A stretch of 64,000 bases of DNA, taken from a virus. Position 1 is the stretch's first letter. Each line of letters opens with the position of its first letter. The position numbers were made by a program, and so were the translations under genes. Location of the stretch: the IMG/VR virus record IMGVR_UViG_3300017963_000025, positions 1 to 64,000 of that record; one strand, 5' to 3'. Under the pieces are notes generated by a model, which searched no databases, had not been told where the DNA came from, and saw nothing but the letters and a program-made list of their open reading frames with translations. This document shows, in pieces, positions 39,518 to 48,376 of the stretch.

Positions 39518-39735
39518 TTGTTATGACACGTGCATGGTCGTGGAAGTGTAAGAAATGCGGGATGACACACTCATTCATCCTTTTTAACCCCAGGCCCCCC
39601 GGACGGTATAAAAAATGTGACAATACCGAATGCGGAGGATTGATGGAACGGTATGAATTGGGGGAGCAATTTTATACTATGATATATGCTTCGAGATCAG
39701 CAGGAACCGGCCAAATTCAGCGGCGGGCTTGAAGG

Positions 39736-40314
39736 ATGAGAGAGCTTTCGCTTTTCACGGGGGCCGGCGGCGGGCTGCTTGCTGGCATGAAGCTCGGATG
39801 GGAGCCAGTAGGTTATGTCGAAAACAACGACTATCGGCAGCGAGTTATCAGGCAAAGGATTATTGACGGTTTCTTGCCAAAGGCACCGATCTTCGGTGAT
39901 ATCAAAGCATTCGTTAGTGAAGGGTACGCCGCAAGCTATCAGGGAATGGTTGATATCATTAGCGGCGGATTCCCCTGCCAGGACATCTCCGTTGCCGGAA
40001 AAGGCAAAGGTATTACCGGTAAAAAATCATCTCTCTGGTTTGCAATGGCCGATGCCATACGCATCATTCGACCCCGATACGTATTCATTGAAAACAGCCC
40101 AATGCTCCTTACTCGCGGATTCGAGTACGTCCTTGGTTCGCTTTTCGAAATGGGGTATGATGCGACGTGGGGTATTATATCCGCTGCCGACGTTGGCGCG
40201 TGGCATATCAGGAAAAGAATCTGGATTTTTGCTTCCCACACCGACGGTAAACGGCAACTACAACCGAAAAGGCGCGTCCAAACATTCGGGGGACGGATTG
40301 GCCACGGCAATTAA
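39736..40314 (+). CDS. C5 cytosine methyltransferase, N-terminal chain (motifs I-VIII)
   Basis: LFTGAGG, GGFPCQD.S, ENS, H.RKRIW. Confidence 0.88.
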   Translation: MRELSLFTGAGGGLLAGMKLGWEPVGYVENNDYRQRVIRQRIIDGFLPKAPIFGDIKAFVSEGYAASYQGMVDIISGGFPCQDISVAGKGKGITGKKSSLWFAMADAIRIIRPRYVFIENSPMLLTRGFEYVLGSLFEMGYDATWGIISAADVGAWHIRKRIWIFASHTDGKRQLQPKRRVQTFGGRIGHGN

Positions 40315-40669
40315 ACGACTGCTCCACACATCGACGGTACAGGATGCAAAAAATAATGCTTCGGGAAGTCATGCGAATCCGAAACACACCGGTTTTCTAA
40401 ATCCCGACTGGGTGGAATGGTTCATGGGATGGCCGGTGGGATGGTCCGATGTCAGAACGCTGAATAAACTTGTGTGGCTCCCGATAAACATGTGGCCTAA
40501 TATTAAGCCAATCACGTACAAAAAAGAAAACAGAAGAAATCGCGTCAAAGCTATCGGTGACGGGCAGGTTCCGCAGGCGGCGATTCTGGCATGGAATATC
40601 TTGTCTGGTCCGCAAACGTTTGCGGACTTAATCCAGTGTTTTACCCCCGGTTTGACCGGGGGTAAGTAA
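39815..40669 (+). CDS. C5 cytosine methyltransferase second chain (TRD plus motifs IX-X) in an overlapping frame; start uncertain
   Basis: DSPARTS, WGMM..G, LPTP, LNPDWVEWFMGWP.GW, RVKAIGDGQVPQ. Confidence 0.75.
   Translation: MSKTTTIGSELSGKGLLTVSCQRHRSSVISKHSLVKGTPQAIREWLISLAADSPARTSPLPEKAKVLPVKNHLSGLQWPMPYASFDPDTYSLKTAQCSLLADSSTSLVRFSKWGMMRRGVLYPLPTLARGISGKESGFLLPTPTVNGNYNRKGASKHSGDGLATAIKRLLHTSTVQDAKNNASGSHANPKHTGFLNPDWVEWFMGWPVGWSDVRTLNKLVWLPINMWPNIKPITYKKENRRNRVKAIGDGQVPQAAILAWNILSGPQTFADLIQCFTPGLTGGK
40609..40626. repeat. 18-bp palindrome, copy 11
   Basis: Exact match. Confidence 0.97.
40641..40665. terminator. Hairpin between convergent transcription units
   Basis: TTACCCCCGG-TTTGA-CCGGGGGTAA. 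Confidence 0.65.
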
Positions 40670-40701
40670 TACTGCTATTCGCTTTTAAATTGGTATTTGG
40701 T

Positions 40702-40908
40702 TTATTTCACCATTAACCGTATCAAAAATAGAAGATCATTTCCTTCTTCCAAATCATGCCATGGCACCTTCCTCGAATACTCTTCGTTCGGAACCTGTAT
40801 GACAGCATGTTCCTCACAAGCCCCTATAATCTGACCTTGTATGTCATTTTTAATCATAACAACTGAATTTTGTTTAATTGTTCCATCCAAAATGTCTTGA
40901 TAAGTCAT
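40702..40908 (-). CDS. Hypothetical early protein
   Basis: AAGGAG RBS on the minus strand. Confidence 0.55.
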   Translation of the reverse strand: MTYQDILDGTIKQNSVVMIKNDIQGQIIGACEEHAVIQVPNEEYSRKVPWHDLEEGNDLLFLIRLMVK

Positions 40909-41022
40909 TTGTTAATCTCCTTTTTATGATACACAGTAAAGTCGGTTTTGCCGTTCAATCGCCACGCTGTTTCATTTTTTTCCTTTTTGTTTTTCATGCT
41001 CTTGCAGTCTCTTTCGTTGTTA

Positions 41023-41214
41023 TTATAGTAAATCACATTCAGAATCGAACACGATTCTCTCATCCTCGTAGCCATAATTTTCGACCACAGTGCCGCCGTT
41101 TGTAATGCAGCATCTTTCAGCTTCCTCCTGTTCTTCCCATATCATGGCGTCAGGATATTCACTAACAAACTTATTCCCGTCAAAAAATTTTTCCTCGTAT
41201 TTTATTATAAACAT
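41023..41214 (-). CDS. Hypothetical early protein
   Basis: AAGGGG RBS; truncated paralogue at 42002-42079. Confidence 0.6.
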   Translation of the reverse strand: MFIIKYEEKFFDGNKFVSEYPDAMIWEEQEEAERCCITNGGTVVENYGYEDERIVFDSECDLL

Positions 41215-41324
41215 TTGTTTCCCCTTTCTTTTGCGTATTCTGCTTCATAATGGCATTGCGTCAAACACATATTCTTTTCGTTGCATGCCCGCCGAAGCGG
41301 GCTGGTTGCGGACGTTTGATTGTA

Positions 41325-41858
41325 CTATATTAGGACCATGTTATTTCCAGCAATATTTGTTTCAATATGTGTGGGTTTTGAATCAACAGGCTTGCCCATA
41401 TTTTCCTTGTAAATGAAATCCGAAACATGGTATGCGTTTACAAACTCTTGCGGGTACACATCATTGACTGGCATGTCCAACTTAATGCTGCCGTCCCGTG
41501 ACCTTCCAACCAACCAACGTTCACCCTCAATCGACACACGTACCATTTCATCCTCTTCGGCATTAGCCGTGCCATTTCGGATAATATCAAGATATTTGCA
41601 ACTTGCCTCATCCTGCAATTCGTCAGAAAGACGAACTTGGACAAATGTGTTTGCTCCGTAGCGTAGTACGTCGCCAGTTGCATGGTCACGTTTGAGTACT
41701 TCAAAATTAGTTGCGAATTCTTCCACATCCCTGAAATTTACAGCTCTGTCACGAACCGTAAACAGGATCAGTCCATCCATGTCTCTGACGCTAACTTGCT
41801 TTGTATTGTATCCCAATGTTTGTTTCATTTCTTTTCTGATTTGCTTCGTTGTTGTCAT
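41325..41858 (-). CDS. Conserved phage early protein
   Basis: AAGGAG RBS before ATG 41858, downstream of the repeated promoter. Confidence 0.65.
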   Translation of the reverse strand: MTTTKQIRKEMKQTLGYNTKQVSVRDMDGLILFTVRDRAVNFRDVEEFATNFEVLKRDHATGDVLRYGANTFVQVRLSDELQDEASCKYLDIIRNGTANAEEDEMVRVSIEGERWLVGRSRDGSIKLDMPVNDVYPQEFVNAYHVSDFIYKENMGKPVDSKPTHIETNIAGNNMVLI

Positions 41859-41880
41859 GGCTTGGCTCCTTTTTGGTTTG

Positions 41881-41976
41881 GGTTTCTCTCGCTGTCTGGA
41901 ATATATAATAATTCCTTTTAAGGCAATTGTCAAGTATTATTTTTCATATTTTTATTTTTTTTACACGGATGTACAC
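41881..41976 (-). promoter_or_regulatory. Repeated strong early promoter (96-bp exact inverted copy of 46280-46375)
   Basis: A-tract UP element plus TTGACA-17 nt-TATTAT. Confidence 0.85.
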
Positions 41977-42001
41977 TAATGAGTACCTGTTTTTATTTTG
42001 G

Positions 42002-42079
42002 TTATTTCGTCCATTCCGGATACTCATCCGTCCATCGATTTCCGTCGAAAAATTTTTCACTGTGCTTTATTATGAACAT
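42002..42079 (-). pseudogene. 25-aa truncated paralogue of 41023-41214
   Basis: MFIIKHSEKFFDGNRWTDEYPEWTK* versus MFIIKYEEKFFDGNKFVSEYPD. Confidence 0.6.
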
Positions 42080-42119
42080 CTTTCCCTCTATTGCTTTAGT
42101 GTTTTCCCCGTTACTGATT

Positions 42120-42193
42120 AATATCAGTAATGCCTTATAAGGAAATTGTCAAGCATTATTTTCACATCGAACAAACTTTACACGGATGTACAC
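42120..42193 (-). promoter_or_regulatory. Diverged copy of the repeated promoter
   Basis: GTGTACATCCGTGTAAA box, then AAAATAATGCTTGACAATTTCCTTA. Confidence 0.65.
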
Positions 42194-42333
42194 TGTCGGA
42201 TAATACCACACCCTGGCCATGCCACTTTCGGCACGATGTGGGGCATACGTGTAACACGGAAGGCACACGGCACAGGCAATCTGCAACTGTAGTTGCAGAT
42301 ATGTGTAACGTATTGATATCACAAGGATTGTTA

Positions 42334-42351
42334 TCCGCAAACGTTTGCGGA
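42334..42351. repeat. 18-bp palindrome, copy 12
   Basis: Exact match in the non-coding region. Confidence 0.97.
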
Positions 42352-42888
42352 CATGTGGGAAGTCTGGAAACGCTATGCACAATCCGATTTGTGTGTGCGG
42401 ATACCATGCTTGTCCGATGTCCGTTGGTGCGGAACCAGGATGTGGCGGGCAGAAACAGAATCATGGTTGGCCGAGATAAAATCGTGGGGGGTCGAAATCC
42501 GGAATTAGAAATCCATACGTAAGCAAAGGAAATAACGATATACATAGTATGAGCATGAGTAATAATGCATAATCGTGGCAGGGAGACAAGCGTAACACCA
42601 GCAATACAAGCATAGCGCAGTAATAACGTAAGCATCAATGCTGTGGTCGTGGGAGTCGGGAAACTAACAGACAACAGGTAATAAGAAGAACAATAAGAAA
42701 TCGTGGGGTCGATAACAACAACTGGCAATTACACACATCCTTTACAAATTCACAGAACATATATTATATACGGAACAATAGCAACAAGCAACAGACAGTA
42801 TGTAATCACGGGATCGATCCACCATACAGCATAGCGGGAACCGACTGTATGTCGTGGAACATCTGTTTCACATTGAGCATTAAACATT

Positions 42889-42950
42889 GAAACATTTGTA
42901 AACATTTGTTGAAACATTTGTTGAAACATTTGTTGAAACATTTGTTGAAA
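42889..42950 (+). repeat. Tandem repeat, 12-bp unit AAACATTTGTTG x4 plus degenerate copies
   Basis: Directly visible. Confidence 0.9.
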
Positions 42951-43935
42951 AAAGCCTTACCGCTCAAACCTAGAGTATCAAGGGTTTACGTTAGCCAACC
43001 TAGCTTAGCCAACCTGGAAGAACATGCGAATCGTGTACAAAATAACCGAAAACAACCCAATATGATTATATTGGGTTATATTTTACACAAATGTACACGT
43101 AAAATGACGCGCTTTAGCGTGAAATCGTGCTTGCGTCATGCGTTTTAAGGCAATTGCGTCATGGATCACGATGCGAAAATCTCAGGCATACCCGGTGTTG
43201 CCAGCCCAGTGTAGTATACTTTCAATTGTGATGTCAATATGTTACGATTTATGGCAATCTTCAAGTTGACAATCTTTCAATTGCGGTATCCGTATGCGGT
43301 GGCGGGGTATTGCCCTTCCCGGAATTGACGCAATCATCCCATTTTTTCCGTATGGTTTCCGCCTGAAACCGGGAAAATCGCTTGTGTCATTTTGCGTCAT
43401 GAACTTGATCTTGGCACTAATTTTTACAATTCTCGTAACTGACTGATATAATTGCAGATCGAAAATTTCTGAGACGCAGGGAAGGTCGTCTTGCTTTCTG
43501 CCATATTTTGCTGTTTTGCGTCATAAATCGGGGGAAATCGGGGTGTTTTTTCGCATTTTTTGGCTGATTTTGCCGGATTTTCTTGCTATTTTCCCTATCT
43601 CCGCCGGTTATTTCCTTATTTTTCCATTGGAATATTGGGAATTGATCCATACCCTATTTGGTATTGCTCCTGCTTTTCACTTATTCAGTAATATCAATGG
43701 GTTACGAATTCGAGTACATGGTGAAATCCCGTTGTTTTGCGTCATATTGCGTCAAAACCCGCTACTTTTTTCAAGTTATGGCTAACTTCCAGAACGTATT
43801 GATATGATTACAAATCGAAAATTTTGAGTCTACAGGGGTTGTCGCAAAATCACCTTGTGGTAACCCGCTGTTTTGCGTCATTTTTTACCTGATTTCGGAG
43901 TGAATTGGAAACGGGAAACACGGGAGAAATGGGAA

Positions 43936-44047
43936 CCGAACATTATTCTGCCAATGACTGGTTTAACAGAACAATGTTCGGCAAATTGCATTATACATAC
44001 GCAGAATAATATTCGGTATTGTTCTTGAATTGCCGAATATTATTCTG
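43936..44047. repeat. Four 15-bp CAGAAYAATRTTCGG boxes forming two inverted pairs
   Basis: 43936(-), 43967(+), 44002(+), 44033(-). Confidence 0.8.
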
Positions 44048-44460
44048 TGCTTAGATCGCTTTCAGATAACCATCCGCTTTCATCTCCGTTATCGTACCTG
44101 ATTTTATATTTTTCCCAAATGATTGGTTTTTTAAAAGCTGGTAGCGATCTGTTCTGTATGCATATTATTGTTGCCCCCATATTTTTATTCAACCCAGAAG
44201 CCATGTGTGCCGGTGACAAAATATCATGCCAAGTTTTTTATCCTGCGACCACGATCTTAGAAGATCGTTGTCTTCCCCGATGGTATCCCCGCATCCGTCC
44301 GCGCTACAGGTAAATTTTCTGACGAAACACGGATCTGTGTGGTTGAGGGAAAAGCATCCGGAATCACAATAGTAGTGGTCAAATCGACAACACCGATAAT
44401 CCGGTGTCCTTATCCTATTATTTATATTATCACAAAAGAAGACTATTAAAAAGTTAAAAA

Positions 44461-44733
44461 TTACGCTTTCAAATGTTCTTTTATTATTTCAGCAAATTGT
44501 TCTTCAAGCTCATCAATTTCCTTTTCGATATTTAATGGGAACAATATTCTAAATGTGTGATAAATACGGCTTGGAAAGTCAAAATATCCATTATCACAAT
44601 GTTTGTCTATTTCGATATCAAATTCGTCTTCTTTCACTCCGATGTTTTCCGCAACGTTGGCGAGAACGGGATCGTCCGAAATTTCTTCCGCTGCAAAATA
44701 GCTGTAGCCCAATTTTGTGAATTCGTATCTCAT
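44461..44733 (-). CDS. Hypothetical acidic early protein
   Basis: AAGGAGGT RBS. Confidence 0.6.
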   Translation of the reverse strand: MRYEFTKLGYSYFAAEEISDDPVLANVAENIGVKEDEFDIEIDKHCDNGYFDFPSRIYHTFRILFPLNIEKEIDELEEQFAEIIKEHLKA

Positions 44734-44772
44734 GATACCTCCTTTTCTGTCAGGGTAAATCCAAGGGTGTCA

Positions 44773-44790
44773 TCCGCAAACGTTTGCGGA
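44773..44790. repeat. 18-bp palindrome, copy 13
   Basis: Exact match, intergenic. Confidence 0.97.
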
Positions 44791-44851
44791 TTTTTCTGTT
44801 GATTCGCTGAGACATTCCGCCCAGCTTGCCCGTCTGGCCATGACGGCAAAA

Positions 44852-45178
44852 TTATACTCTGCCAAACAAAATGTCAATCGGGTTAACACCGGTCATATCC
44901 TGTCTTTCCTCCAAATCTTCCTTGTCCAAGGTGATTTCATACCCTGCCAATTCATTTCTGTGAAAATCAAGGCTGTGCTGCGTGTTTCGTATGATAGATG
45001 CCTTGGTCTGGCCAATTACTCCGGGGAACAAGTGACCAAACTTTGCCACTGCTTCTTTGGCCGACATTTTTTTAACTTCGGCAAGTCTGCTTTCCAGGGT
45101 GTTGATGATTTCTCTCAATCTCAGGGTTTCTTCAAAATTTTCTATCCCGTAGATTTTTGTTTCGGTTGCGTTTGTCAT
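44852..45178 (-). CDS. Hypothetical early protein
   Basis: AAGGGGGT RBS downstream of a repeated promoter. Confidence 0.6.
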   Translation of the reverse strand: MTNATETKIYGIENFEETLRLREIINTLESRLAEVKKMSAKEAVAKFGHLFPGVIGQTKASIIRNTQHSLDFHRNELAGYEITLDKEDLEERQDMTGVNPIDILFGRV

Positions 45179-45218
45179 GTCGACCCCCTTTTTGGTTAGT
45201 GTGTTTCCCCGTTACTGA

Positions 45219-45283
45219 AATATATAATAATTCCTTTTAAGGAAATTGTCAAGCATTATTTTTCATATTTTTTATTTTTTTTA
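45219..45283 (-). promoter_or_regulatory. Repeated strong early promoter
   Basis: TTGACA (45247-45252 on minus)-17 nt-TATTAT with A-tract. Confidence 0.85.
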
Positions 45284-45374
45284 CATGATAACCGTCCAAG
45301 GCCATCCTGGCCACACGGTCAGGGGGCCATTCCGACAGAAATTCGTTCCAGCCCGCTCGAAGCGGGCTACTTTG

Positions 45375-45392
45375 TCCGCAAACGTTTGCGGG
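45375..45392. repeat. Palindrome, copy 14 (16-bp core perfect, last base G)
   Basis: TCCGCAAACGTTTGCGGG. Confidence 0.93.
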
Positions 45393-45465
45393 GTTATATT
45401 GACATGTGTTTTATCTGTTCGGCAAGTATGGCGCATCGCTCTCTTATTTTTATATATCCAATGCG

Positions 45466-45876
45466 CTATTCTCCCCCGATAGTATGCCCGCATCCGTCCA
45501 CGCCACAGGTGAGTTTTCTGGCAAAACACGGATATGTGTGGTCAAGAGAAAAGCATCTGTAATGGCAATAGTGTTGAAAAAAATTACACCAGTAATCCGG
45601 TGCAAGGTTTGCACACATTTTTTTGCTCAGAAATTTTTCAACAGCATCAACGTCACTATGAGCCATAAAAAATGAGAATTTTTCATGACCAAACTGATAA
45701 TCGAAAAGCATGTAATCGTATATTTCAGGTGGTTTGATTGTCAAGCCTTGGGGGAAACGCAATGAAAATTCCGTATCAGGCCATGCGGCTACAAAAAATC
45801 GCCCTATTACCGTAATCTTTTCTCCGTGCTTCGGTCCTCCGATACAATACGCCGTTACTTTTTGGGCATTTTCCAT
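45466..45876 (-). CDS. Hypothetical protein; 3' part duplicated near 44285-44406
   Basis: AAGGAG RBS; IGGP.HG motif. Confidence 0.5.
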   Translation of the reverse strand: MENAQKVTAYCIGGPKHGEKITVIGRFFVAAWPDTEFSLRFPQGLTIKPPEIYDYMLFDYQFGHEKFSFFMAHSDVDAVEKFLSKKMCANLAPDYWCNFFQHYCHYRCFSLDHTYPCFARKLTCGVDGCGHTIGGE

Positions 45877-45893
45877 TTGACTCTCCTTTTTTG

Positions 45894-46154
45894 TCAGAAT
45901 TCAAGCCAACCCGTGCGGCGGGATTTTTTGTATTGATTTGCAGCTCCGCCCCATTCCAATAGCCACCCAAATTCCCGATCAAATACCCGCCCGCACCTGG
46001 TTTCAAATAATTCCCTTTCTTCCCCTTCGCACAACGAGAAAAATGATCTTTTTACAATTGCCGAATTTCGAGAATATAAACCACTCCCACATTTTAGATA
46101 ATATGCTATTTTTTTCCCGTTATATATTTTCACAGCTTTACCTCCCATGTCCAT
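45894..46154 (-). CDS. Hypothetical early protein
   Basis: Downstream of a repeated promoter. Confidence 0.45.
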   Translation of the reverse strand: MDMGGKAVKIYNGKKIAYYLKCGSGLYSRNSAIVKRSFFSLCEGEERELFETRCGRVFDREFGWLLEWGGAANQYKKSRRTGWLEF

Positions 46155-46197
46155 GTGTCGGCCCCCTTGTGGTTAAGTGTTTTCCCCATGTTCTGAG

Positions 46198-46245
46198 TAT
46201 ATAATAATTCCTTTTAAGGCAATTGTCAAGTATTATTTTTCATAT
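46198..46245 (-). promoter_or_regulatory. Repeated strong early promoter (leftward half of a divergent pair)
   Basis: TTGACA 46224-46229 on minus, same 17-nt spacer, TATTAT. Confidence 0.85.
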
Positions 46246-46279
46246 AACCGAATATTTGCGAGAGAGCGTTATTTTGATG

Positions 46280-46375
46280 GTGTACATCCGTGTAAAAAAA
46301 ATAAAAATATGAAAAATAATACTTGACAATTGCCTTAAAAGGAATTATTATATATTCCAGACAGCGAGAGAAACC
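46280..46375 (+). promoter_or_regulatory. Repeated strong early promoter (rightward)
   Basis: TTGACA 46323-46328, TATTAT 46346-46351, UP element. Confidence 0.88.
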
Positions 46376-46396
46376 GACAACCACGGGAGAAAGACA

Positions 46397-46840
46397 ATGA
46401 AAAAGCAATCCGCTATTGGAAAAATTCTGAGGGACATCCATACAAGTTATGTTACCGGAAAACCTCTTGATATGCGTCGTCATCCGGCCCATGTTAAAAC
46501 CAGGGTCATAGATTTTGGTTGGATGATCCATAGTGACACCGGACGATGGTACGGGAATCTTGTTCGGGATTGTTACCAACGTCTTTCCACTGCGGAATTG
46601 TATGAAATATTTTTGGATATGGTCCGTGATCTGGGACCGGAATATGTCGGCGGGATGATAAGAACATCCGACATATGGGATAGCGTTCTTAACGTATCCG
46701 CAGACAAAGCAAATAGGCGGTTGGATATCATGCAATATCTTGAAAGGCTTGACCGTAACGGGTATATCGTATTCCAATATGCCGGAGACGTATGGTCAAT
46801 AACCATTATTAGGGAGGGGAAAATCAATGACCATATTTGA
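46397..46840 (+). CDS. Hypothetical early protein
   Basis: GGAG RBS after the promoter. Confidence 0.6.
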   Translation: MKKQSAIGKILRDIHTSYVTGKPLDMRRHPAHVKTRVIDFGWMIHSDTGRWYGNLVRDCYQRLSTAELYEIFLDMVRDLGPEYVGGMIRTSDIWDSVLNVSADKANRRLDIMQYLERLDRNGYIVFQYAGDVWSITIIREGKINDHI

Positions 46841-48098
46841 GGAAAGCGGATACATACTGGAAAACAGATTGGCTGATTTCCAAAAGTCAGTCAAAACCCT
46901 GAATAGGCGATTCACCAAAAAGGGAATATCAACGGTCAAAATCGAAGTTGGCGAGGTTGAAACAAGTGAAATCAATCTTCCCACAAGTGATGACGGGGAT
47001 GATCATACCGCTATCCGTGAATTCGTTACGATCCGTGAAGTGTTCGTGAAAATTACGTGGGAAGCCGAACTGTGTATTTCCGGTTATAAATTGGTTTCGG
47101 CGTTGGAAAATGTCGAGGACAAAATTTTTGCAAACAACGTCCCCAAAGAAGCACTCCTGGAAATGCCGGCAAAGATTGTTTGTGACCATTGCGGCACCAA
47201 CCGCCGCCGCCGCCGCTATGCCTATGTGTTGGAAAATACGGAAACCGGAAAGCAGATTATGGTAGGCAAACAATGTCTCCGGGATTTCCTTGGACACGAT
47301 CCCGCGCTGCTAATCGAGGCAGCGGCGTTCAAGTTTGATCTTCGTGACTTTGGTTTGCCCGATGACGATGATTACGGATCATCTTACAACCGAGGTGATG
47401 TCTCTTTCGGTCTTATAAAATATTTGTCGGTTTCATTCGGCGTAATCGACAAATACGGCTATGTCAGGGCATCGGACCCCGACAAAAGGCCGACACGAGA
47501 CAGGGTAAACAGTCATATCGGCCAATCATTGGACAGACGCGGAACGACAGAACAGGAAAGGTCCGAGTTTTCCGATATCTCTGAAAGAGCAAAGAAATAC
47601 TCGGACAAAATTGATACGGTGATTGGTTATTTTGAATCAATCACCGAGGACGCGAATAACAGCTACCTTCATAATATCAGAAATATTCTGGAAATGGGCA
47701 GTGTGCCGAAAAAATATTCAGGATATGTGGTTTCCATGCCAAGTGTGTGGCTTCGGCATGAGGAAAAAATGAGGGCGGAATCGGACAATACTTCCGAATT
47801 TGTGGGCAAACCAAAAGAACGGCTAAGAGATTTGCAACTGATGGTTAAAGGTGTAAGGGCTTTTGACGGTGCATACGGCCCCACCTATCTTTACACATTT
47901 TCGGATGAAACCGGAAACCTGTTTAAGTGGTTTTCGAGTAAATACGCCGGGTTGGAAACAGAAGACGAGGTGACCCTTGACGGCACCGTAAGGAATCATG
48001 TCACAGACAGGTATATGAACAACCAACACGTAACCGTGCTGACTCGGTGCAAACTTTACGAATCAAACCAGAGAAAGGGGGGATGCCATGCAACATAA
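46827..48098 (+). CDS. Conserved phage protein with zinc finger and C-terminal OB-fold-like region
   Basis: CDHCG.NR.R, VGKQCL.DFLG; SEFVG...ER, D..GN...WF.S, GTV..H, TVLTRCK. Confidence 0.65.
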   Translation: MTIFEESGYILENRLADFQKSVKTLNRRFTKKGISTVKIEVGEVETSEINLPTSDDGDDHTAIREFVTIREVFVKITWEAELCISGYKLVSALENVEDKIFANNVPKEALLEMPAKIVCDHCGTNRRRRRYAYVLENTETGKQIMVGKQCLRDFLGHDPALLIEAAAFKFDLRDFGLPDDDDYGSSYNRGDVSFGLIKYLSVSFGVIDKYGYVRASDPDKRPTRDRVNSHIGQSLDRRGTTEQERSEFSDISERAKKYSDKIDTVIGYFESITEDANNSYLHNIRNILEMGSVPKKYSGYVVSMPSVWLRHEEKMRAESDNTSEFVGKPKERLRDLQLMVKGVRAFDGAYGPTYLYTFSDETGNLFKWFSSKYAGLETEDEVTLDGTVRNHVTDRYMNNQHVTVLTRCKLYESNQRKGGCHAT

Positions 48099-48376
48099 AT
48101 AACGGCAAGACCGGGGAAATTTAAAACCAAACTCGGACGAACCCAAACTGTTCACGCAAAACAGTCCCCGGTCGAACCGTGATGTCAAAAACGTATTTGT
48201 CACACGGTGAGGAGAAAAGAATGGTCGAAAACTTTTTGCTTGTCACACGAAAAGCGGATATTACATTCCTTACCATATTTTCACCATGTATTCGGATTTT
48301 TCATGTCCCCCCTACCAAACGGGGACTAAAATTATATGATATTTTGAATCGATTTTTCCTGTTGGGAGATAGCGCT

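Noticed and set aside
41859-41933. Extended N-terminus of ORF 41325-41933
   Set aside because: Runs through the repeated promoter; the RBS supports ATG 41858
42750-43148. ORFs with MFQQ or LLKH repeats
   Set aside because: Translations of the 12-bp tandem repeat in a non-coding region
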